Part shown: piece after piece, positions 8,321 to 15,193 of the stretch
Numbering within the stretch: position 1 is the stretch's first letter
How the letters are laid out: every line of letters begins with the position of its first letter
Assembly (NCBI GenBank): GCA_016930515.1
Contig: JAFGGO010000006.1
Span: forward strand, 1 to 19,176
Direction: 5' to 3'
Length of the DNA stretch: 19,176 nucleotides
Origin: Promethearchaeota archaeon
GTDB taxonomy: Archaea; Asgardarchaeota; Lokiarchaeia; Sigyniarchaeales; SOKP01
Translations under genes and position numbers: made by a program
Notes under the pieces: model-generated
What the model saw: only the letters and a program-made list of their open reading frames with translations
Databases searched by the model: none
What the model was told of the DNA's origin: nothing

Positions 8321-9589
8321 TTATAACATATTTTTATATCGACGTAAGGCGTTTTGGATGATAAAAAGCTGAATATTTCTTGCTCCGCCTACTACTTCTT
8401 CGATTTTACTTGCGTCACATAGATCGTCGACAAGAGTATTATCAGTGACGCTTATTCCGCCCATCTGTTGCTGGACTTCGTACAAGATATCGTGTGATAG
8501 TCTGGAACAGAGATATTTTGCTTGAGAACTCACGCCAGCTACCCATTTTTCCGCAGCTGGACTTCTTTTCTCGGCAAACAACACTTTCTCGTCGTAAATG
8601 GTGGCAGCTTGAAGAGCTAATGATGTTGCGGCAGTTAATCGCGAAAGTAAATCGGCTAATGTAAATCCAACTCCTTGGAAATTCAATATAGGTTGTCCGA
8701 ATTGGTGCCTGAGATTCGTATATATTATAGCATAAATCAATCCAGTCCAAGAAACACCCAAGGCAGAGCCAATGAGACCAAGTCGTTCAGGAACGAGCCC
8801 TTCAAAGAGTCTATTATATCCCTTACCATCGTCTGCAAGAATGAATTCTTTTGGAACTTTCACATTATTTAAGATCGTATGGGCAATGTGAATTCGAGGA
8901 ACCGAATTGATCTTGAGGCGTCTTGTTTCCACGCCCCATTCTCGCTTTATCATGGATTGGACCATTGAACCTCGAGGATTTGAAGTATCGTAAACACCAT
9001 ATACAACGAAATAATCTGCTTTTGCTCCATTCGTTGTGAATACTTTTTCACCATTATAAACGACCCCGTCGTCCACTTTCGTGCATCGGGTTTTCATATT
9101 TACGGAATCGCTTCCATTTTCTGGTTCTGTTATGCCTATGCTTCCGACCTTTTTACCAGACATCAAATCGTCTTGAATTTTTTGTATATCCGAACTTTCC
9201 CCACCTTCGTGAAAATAATGAAAAGTTGGATTAGCACACAGAATTCCACTCGACAGCCTTCCCAGTTCTAATTGACAATCCAAGCAAGACAGTTGAAGAC
9301 CAAGCAAAATATCCTTCTTCATTCCATAAGGAGTGAAATCGTTCCACTTGTTAATTCTTTGCATATATCCGTGCTTGCCTAATTCAGGAAATAATTCATA
9401 CACGGCCTTACTTCTGTCAATTTTGGGCTCTAAATCCATGCAAAACTCCTGAAGTTGATTGCTATATTCTACTTCTTCGTCCGTTAGCATTGGAAAAAGA
9501 TTATCTTGAAGTATTTTGAACACATTTTCAAGACTCATTTTCTCTAAAATGTGATCAGCTATAATTTTTTCTTGCATAATAGTTAGCAT
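8321..9589 (-). CDS. Acyl-CoA dehydrogenase
   Basis: Motifs IGITEPENGSD, YNGEKVFTTNG, LVPERLG, RHQFGQPILNFQGVGFTLAD, QQMGG and GARNIQ. The start could also be the Met at 9577. Confidence 0.94.
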   Translation of the reverse strand: MLTIMQEKIIADHILEKMSLENVFKILQDNLFPMLTDEEVEYSNQLQEFCMDLEPKIDRSKAVYELFPELGKHGYMQRINKWNDFTPYGMKKDILLGLQLSCLDCQLELGRLSSGILCANPTFHYFHEGGESSDIQKIQDDLMSGKKVGSIGITEPENGSDSVNMKTRCTKVDDGVVYNGEKVFTTNGAKADYFVVYGVYDTSNPRGSMVQSMIKREWGVETRRLKINSVPRIHIAHTILNNVKVPKEFILADDGKGYNRLFEGLVPERLGLIGSALGVSWTGLIYAIIYTNLRHQFGQPILNFQGVGFTLADLLSRLTAATSLALQAATIYDEKVLFAEKRSPAAEKWVAGVSSQAKYLCSRLSHDILYEVQQQMGGISVTDNTLVDDLCDASKIEEVVGGARNIQLFIIQNALRRYKNML

Positions 9590-9836
9590 TGTTCATTTGT
9601 TTGCAATTGAAAATTATTTTTTTCATTAAAGTTTATGTAATTTTTGGATCTAAATATCCAAAAAATGCAATGTAAATGACATAAATACTGAAGTAATTGT
9701 ATTTGATCGATTTTTTAAAAACGAATATTTCCGAATGTGTCAATAGAAAAAGCCAGATAAAAATGAAAAAAGTTATAAAATCATATTATTAATTAATTTA
9801 TAAAGAAATAAGGATATTAAAAAAATAACAAAGAAC

Positions 9837-11612
9837 ATGATAGCTTTTGGAGCCTTAATTTTTACCTCAATTTACGCATCGCTAACATCTATTTTTCGAA
9901 GGTTTTTGAAAAAAAAGCAATCAGAAAAAGAAGTAAAACCAAAACCAAAATCCGTAAATGAATTGTTAGACAAGTACGTTGAAGACGAGAAGAAAGACTT
10001 GATGAAAGACAAGCTTTCGAAAATATCCGAAATCATCGCAGAAACCGAAAGACACATAGAGAAAACGGTCAAACAAAAAGTAAAAGTCGCCGAAAAGCAG
10101 CATAAAGTTCAGGAAAAAGAATTTGAAGTAATTAAAAGAGCCAATATCGAGTATGTCTCTTTTTCTGCTGGCCTTCGTTCTGCAATGCCCACAACAGAAG
10201 AGGAGAAAAAGCAAGATATTAGCGATCTCCAAGAAGCAATGTCCATGTTAGAAACACTTGAAGAATTCTCAGTCGACATTTCAAATAAAAAAATAGATGT
10301 GGGTCTTGGCATGTTCTACGATAAAATGTCAAGGCAATTCAAAAAGATAATTAACGAAAACAATCTTTCAGCGTACCCTTTCATCCCTTCCGAGCGCCTT
10401 AAATATCACGCATTCTTAAACATAAAGAACATAAAGAATTCGGATATTTTACCCATCTTGAGCATCATGAAAGAAACAAACCTGCTTAACGACATTATAG
10501 AAATCAATCCTACCTTTCACCTGATTATATTTACCGAAACTCCCTTGGAAGTTACAACTCCCGAAAAAGTAGTTTTGACATTTGCTTACGACGAGGAGAG
10601 CCTTAACACTGAAAAGCTCATGGAGTTGACGGAATGGAAACAACCTTACGCAGAAAAGATTCTTGGTGGCTTGATTGACAAGGCTATTGTTAAAATGAAG
10701 GATGGAAGGATCACGGTAGATAGTTTCGGTGATCCCGAAGAAAGATCCAAGTGGAGAGATATCATACACCAACAACTTCTAATGGAAAAAGAAAAGGAAG
10801 AATTAAGATTCCAAAGATATTTAGATCGTAGAAAGAAGCTCCAAGGCACTATTAAATCTCAAGAAAAAACAGAAGAAGCTGAAATCGAAGAAGAGAGTTT
10901 AGAAGAAGAACCAGTAAAAAAGATAAGTTTTGAGAAAAAACCCACGGTCAAGTTACCACCTAAAAAGAAAGAAGATATTAGCGTGAAAATCAAGAGAACA
11001 AAGGATGAAGAGGCAGTAAAAGCTGAACCGGCAAGAATCATAAAGGAAAAAGACGATTTACTTAGCGCAATGGAAGCTTTAGACGAGGAAAAAACAGAAG
11101 GGGTCAATTCAGCTCAAGCAATTAGGAATTCCTCCGAAAGCGATTTTGAGTTAGACTTTAACTTGGACGAGGAAGAAAGAGATTTAAGCGATTTAATCCC
11201 GGAAAAGGTCTTGAATTTTCACGAAGATTTTTCTTTGATTAATGGTGGTCTCGTTCAATACGAAAAAATAAAGCAATACATTCAAGAGCAACTCGCCGAA
11301 ATAACGGCCGAAATACCTGAAGACTTATTATCGGCGATTTTAGAACAATTAAAAGAACTACAAATGATACAGGATTTAATTAAAATTGGTAATAGTAAAT
11401 TTCTCTTGTTTTCCGATGTTAAATTGAATTTCATGCACAAGAGGTTTATTGGTTTTGCGTTGGACAAAAAACCCTTGAAAAAACAAGATTTCATTGAAGG
11501 ATTGAGATGGAACGAGGAGAAGGTACTCAATACAATGAAAGAGCTCCAAGAAATGGGAATGATGCGCATTGAAAACAACGATATAATCATTCCAGGAATT
11601 ATTCAAAAATAA
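9837..11612 (+). CDS. Membrane-anchored protein with two EAP30 (ESCRT-II Vps22/Vps36)-like tandem winged-helix modules
   Basis: N-terminal hydrophobic segment followed by a basic cluster, then coiled coil. Module 1 (aa ~155-298): GLGMFYDKM...PLEVTTPEKVVLTFA...TEWKQPYAEKILGGLIDKAIV. Acidic/Lys-rich linker. Module 2 (aa ~450-587): INGGLV...LRWNEEKVLNTMKELQEMGM. Both resemble SNF8 motifs recalled from memory (GVGDFYYEL, NGGLI, PAELNMDHTVVLQLA, LKWETERARQVLEHL). The CDS is secure; the family assignment is by eye. Confidence 0.75.
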   Translation: MIAFGALIFTSIYASLTSIFRRFLKKKQSEKEVKPKPKSVNELLDKYVEDEKKDLMKDKLSKISEIIAETERHIEKTVKQKVKVAEKQHKVQEKEFEVIKRANIEYVSFSAGLRSAMPTTEEEKKQDISDLQEAMSMLETLEEFSVDISNKKIDVGLGMFYDKMSRQFKKIINENNLSAYPFIPSERLKYHAFLNIKNIKNSDILPILSIMKETNLLNDIIEINPTFHLIIFTETPLEVTTPEKVVLTFAYDEESLNTEKLMELTEWKQPYAEKILGGLIDKAIVKMKDGRITVDSFGDPEERSKWRDIIHQQLLMEKEKEELRFQRYLDRRKKLQGTIKSQEKTEEAEIEEESLEEEPVKKISFEKKPTVKLPPKKKEDISVKIKRTKDEEAVKAEPARIIKEKDDLLSAMEALDEEKTEGVNSAQAIRNSSESDFELDFNLDEEERDLSDLIPEKVLNFHEDFSLINGGLVQYEKIKQYIQEQLAEITAEIPEDLLSAILEQLKELQMIQDLIKIGNSKFLLFSDVKLNFMHKRFIGFALDKKPLKKQDFIEGLRWNEEKVLNTMKELQEMGMMRIENNDIIIPGIIQK

Positions 11613-11629
11613 AAGAAGAACAAACAAGT

Positions 11630-13381
11630 TCAAGCGTAATTATTTTTCACGAATTCCTTTACGCCCTCAATTTCCTTCGAATATGTCTCTCGTTTCCCGA
11701 AGATATAAAATCTTACTTCTGGTCCAGTACCAGAAGGTCTAAAATAAAGGATAGAGACGTTACTTTTTAATTGGTAAATATCTATCATGTTGTTATTATC
11801 AGAAAGTGCTGATATCTCGTATTTCTTACCGTTTATCTCTATGATTTTTCCGTCGTTTACTTCAAAATCTTTCATTATTTTTATTTTTTGTGCGTTAGAA
11901 GCCGGGATGGTACTGTTGATACCAACTATCGACATGTCGATCGAATCCGATATCTTATGACCCCTACAAACGAGTTCCGTTATCAAAACGAGTGCCGGAA
12001 CAGGATATTTATCCGCAATCAATGGGAAGGGTGAATTGAAAGATGCATCGTTCGAGTTATTTTCCTTGTTTACTTCAAGAAGAGCAATTGTGTGACCCCC
12101 GCTTTCTTCCCAAAGAACGATAACAAACTCTTCTCTTGAACTACCTGCTTGTTCCATTAACTTTAGGAGATGTTCTTTTAGGGGTTCGGGCCTATCAAGC
12201 TTGATTAGTTGTTGGTTTTGAACGAGCATGTATAAAATCGCAGTATCAATTTTAGATTTTTCGACATCCACACCCGTTAAAAAGTAAAGTATGGCGCCTA
12301 AATGCTTGTATCCCACTCCAGTGAGTAAATTTAAAAAAGCGCTCTTATCCGATCTCAAATCGCTTGGAATGGTCCTGACATTTATGATTTTTTTATTATA
12401 CTCGTTTATTAAAATGTTATGCATTGCGGTATAAATTTCATTAGGAATGTAAGAAATAAATTCATCACCTTGCTTGACATAAATAGCAATTCGGTCCCTA
12501 TCTGCATCTAATAGGAGTGCAATATTAGAATTTGATTCGTTCATTATTCTCTTCAATTTGTCTTCCTTTACTACTTTTATAGGATTCGGTGGGTTTATCT
12601 CTTCGTCAATAAGCGCCACATTTGCACCATAATATTCAAACAATCTCACAATACCGTTCGCCTTTCCAAGGTACGGCCAAATAACTATATTATTTCCTTT
12701 TATGTTTTCAATAGGGAGGACTCTCGAAAGGAGCTCAATCACATAATCATTATTCTTTTTTTCCGCATCTAATAAAATTGGTTGAAAATCCATATTTAGG
12801 AAAATTTCTTTGTATCCCAATGACTTTTTCGAGATCTCCTTTAATAAGTCTCCAGACATTGGCATTGGATATTGAATGTAAAATTTGATGCCGTTCCAGG
12901 ACAAATCGTTATGACTTGCGGTGATTACTATAATAAGGTCTATATCGTCGTATAAAGCAACCGAAGCGGCACCGTAAGGCGAAGAAAGCAAAGAAGTATT
13001 TTTATCTCCTTTCTGATGGTAAATTTGAAAACCCTCGTAAGAAAATATTGCTGAGCAATACCTAAGAAGAGGTTCGTTGCTCGGTCTATCGTCTGTAACA
13101 ATTAAGATTTTAAGATTTTGTTCAGTGTTTAATTCTTTATACTTATGACTAATTGCCCTAAAAAACCGTAAAAATAAGAATAAATTGTTTTTAGTCAATA
13201 GATAGTTGTTTTCGTCCTTAATTTCGTAGATTTGAATTCTAAGCCCCGAAGTAGGAGCAACGATCGGATCGAGAATTTCTTGTTCTTGCTCGGTTAAATC
13301 AGGTAATTTTATCGAGCTAATTCCGCCTTCAAGCTGTTTTAATTGGATTGTTTCCATTTCGAATTTAATCAGTCCCATCAC
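11630..13381 (-). CDS. Alpha-D-phosphohexomutase (phosphoglucomutase/phosphomannomutase family), divergent
   Basis: TSGLR, phospho-Ser motif ITASHN, metal loop DADRDR, sugar loop EESGGH and phosphate loop FRPSGTGPEVRFY. The start is probably ATG 13378 or a later Met. Confidence 0.92.
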   Translation of the reverse strand: MMGLIKFEMETIQLKQLEGGISSIKLPDLTEQEQEILDPIVAPTSGLRIQIYEIKDENNYLLTKNNLFLFLRFFRAISHKYKELNTEQNLKILIVTDDRPSNEPLLRYCSAIFSYEGFQIYHQKGDKNTSLLSSPYGAASVALYDDIDLIIVITASHNDLSWNGIKFYIQYPMPMSGDLLKEISKKSLGYKEIFLNMDFQPILLDAEKKNNDYVIELLSRVLPIENIKGNNIVIWPYLGKANGIVRLFEYYGANVALIDEEINPPNPIKVVKEDKLKRIMNESNSNIALLLDADRDRIAIYVKQGDEFISYIPNEIYTAMHNILINEYNKKIINVRTIPSDLRSDKSAFLNLLTGVGYKHLGAILYFLTGVDVEKSKIDTAILYMLVQNQQLIKLDRPEPLKEHLLKLMEQAGSSREEFVIVLWEESGGHTIALLEVNKENNSNDASFNSPFPLIADKYPVPALVLITELVCRGHKISDSIDMSIVGINSTIPASNAQKIKIMKDFEVNDGKIIEINGKKYEISALSDNNNMIDIYQLKSNVSILYFRPSGTGPEVRFYIFGKRETYSKEIEGVKEFVKNNYA

Positions 13382-13464
13382 TTTCAGAGAGTAGTAATTA
13401 AGAAAATTATATTTATAATAATATAAATGGTTTATTCTTCGTAAAATGGATATAAACTTTACTA

Positions 13465-14349
13465 CTATTTCTGGATGCTCTTAATTGCGTCCCTAAGAAT
13501 GGCGTGGATTTTTTCCCGATATAATGGTTCAATTGCCACCATGGTGTGGAAGGTTATGCTTCGTTCCTTGGTGGAAAGTAACTTTTTACAAAACTCTGGT
13601 GTTAATCTATTTGGAAGGTCTTGTTTGTTGGCAATTCCAATGACCAACTTATCTTTATAATGAGTCTCCAAAATGTCTTGAATGATGAGTTTCGAGGAGT
13701 TTAAGTTCTCAAAGGTGGAATCCGTAACTAAAAGCGCTATATCCGTCCCCTCCAATAAACTACCCCATAGGGAGCGAAAGTTGGATTGTCCAGCAAAGTC
13801 CCAAAACACGATTTCCCTGTGTAATTCCGAATCGAGATCTTCTCCCTCGAGAGAAGTAATGTCTGCAGTTATCGTTGGAACATATTCTAAATTAAGCTCC
13901 TTGCCGCAAATCAAGTGTAGAAGGGAGGTTTTTCCCACACCGCCAAGACCGATAATGGAAACCTTTATTGACCCTAGTATAATATTATCTAATTCTTTTG
14001 TAAAACCGTAGAAAATGGATCGATCTCCTTTCCAACGACCCTCTTGGATGTAGTCTTGATATTTCTCCATGAATTTAGTTTTTATACTCGCGATTTTTGG
14101 GTTGATCTGAGCATCGTCATCGTTGAGATCGGCACAAACAACGATTATAATACTTTCTATAATGGTGTAATAATATTTATTATCCTCTGTTGAGGTGCTC
14201 TTGATATCTGATTGTGAGATTTCTTTCATAAATCCAGAAAAAGCGCTGAGAAAACCAGCTAATAGATCCCTATCAACATCGCTATCGCCGTAATTTCGAA
14301 ACAAAAGCGATTTGCCGTCCTTAGTAAGAATGTTTATGTATTGAATCAT
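13465..14349 (-). CDS. Longin-domain + Ras-superfamily (Arf/Rab/Roc-like) small GTPase fusion
   Basis: Start moved to ATG 14349 (the track begins at TTG 14370). N-terminal longin pattern MIQYINILTKDGKSLLFRNY...DLLAGFLSAFSGFMKEI...YYY...IIIVVCAD...IKTKFMEKY. GTPase motifs G1 GLGGVGKTS, G2 YVPTI, G3 WDFAGQ, G4 NKQD. Confidence 0.9.
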   Translation of the reverse strand: MIQYINILTKDGKSLLFRNYGDSDVDRDLLAGFLSAFSGFMKEISQSDIKSTSTEDNKYYYTIIESIIIVVCADLNDDDAQINPKIASIKTKFMEKYQDYIQEGRWKGDRSIFYGFTKELDNIILGSIKVSIIGLGGVGKTSLLHLICGKELNLEYVPTITADITSLEGEDLDSELHREIVFWDFAGQSNFRSLWGSLLEGTDIALLVTDSTFENLNSSKLIIQDILETHYKDKLVIGIANKQDLPNRLTPEFCKKLLSTKERSITFHTMVAIEPLYREKIHAILRDAIKSIQK

Positions 14350-14525
14350 ATCTTGCGTAGTAAAAAACAAAATTGATCAAGTAAGTCTTATCTACTTGAC
14401 TAAAATTATATATTAAATTGTTTTTATTTAATTAATAAAGCGCGATTAATATAAAAATTTCTTTTTCTCGTGTTTCGTTGTATCGAGAAATACCCTACTA
14501 TTGAAAGCTTTTCAAGGGATAAAAA

Positions 14526-15122
14526 ATGTCGGAACCCAACTCACAAAAAACAGATAAAGCGGAAAAATCTGAATCGATTAGCCAAAAAATCGAAAGCTTA
14601 ACCAGCGTAATGCAGAAGTTTGGATTGGACCTGATAACGAAGCTTGGAAAAACGGAATCGAGACTCAACATCCTCGCCGATAAAATCGATAACTTAGCCG
14701 AAGCAACAATAACAATAAAAGCTTTTTCTCCGATATTGAGCAAGATTGTTGACAACCAGAAATATATTGAATCTGAACTTGATTTGCTCAAATCGTTGGC
14801 TCAAAAATCTCAAATCAACAATCGCTCAGTATCGGGGGGAAGCTTGATCGAACGTGACGAATCGATCACAAATAATTTTACCTCAATCGAAAATCAATTC
14901 TCTTCTTTAAGAGAACAAGTAGATACTCTCGAGGACGCAACTAAGGCGATTGCCTCGTTAACGAAGATTAAAGAAGATTTGTTTGAATTGACCGGAGGGC
15001 ATCGAATATTATATGAAATATCCCAATTCATTACTTTTCTGGAAAATTCAGGCAATTTTAATGATAAAAGCAAGAATTCTCTCAAGGAAAAAATCGTATT
15101 TTGGAAAAATAAGTTAAAATAA
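14526..15122 (+). CDS. Hypothetical coiled-coil / helical-bundle protein
   Basis: 198-aa ORF filling the gap between flanking genes. Heptad pattern in aa ~15-95; helical C-terminal part with TGGHRILYEI; AAGGGA SD-like sequence upstream. Confidence 0.85.
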   Translation: MSEPNSQKTDKAEKSESISQKIESLTSVMQKFGLDLITKLGKTESRLNILADKIDNLAEATITIKAFSPILSKIVDNQKYIESELDLLKSLAQKSQINNRSVSGGSLIERDESITNNFTSIENQFSSLREQVDTLEDATKAIASLTKIKEDLFELTGGHRILYEISQFITFLENSGNFNDKSKNSLKEKIVFWKNKLK

Positions 15123-15193
15123 TGACGAGATTAAAAACCCTCGTTGATCTTTAAATATATTCTGAATAGACATCGTTTTTATTCTGGATTTTA

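Noticed and set aside
9872-11633. Many minus-strand ORFs of 66-108 aa
   Set aside because: Antisense shadows of the Glu/Lys-rich 591-aa gene, with the expected Ser/Phe/Leu bias. The same applies to the other nested antisense ORFs in the track.
13459-13467. Triple stop TAG-TAG-TAA as a sign of amber (pyrrolysine) recoding
   Set aside because: No in-frame TAG interrupts any gene in the window, and tandem stops are common in AT-rich DNA.
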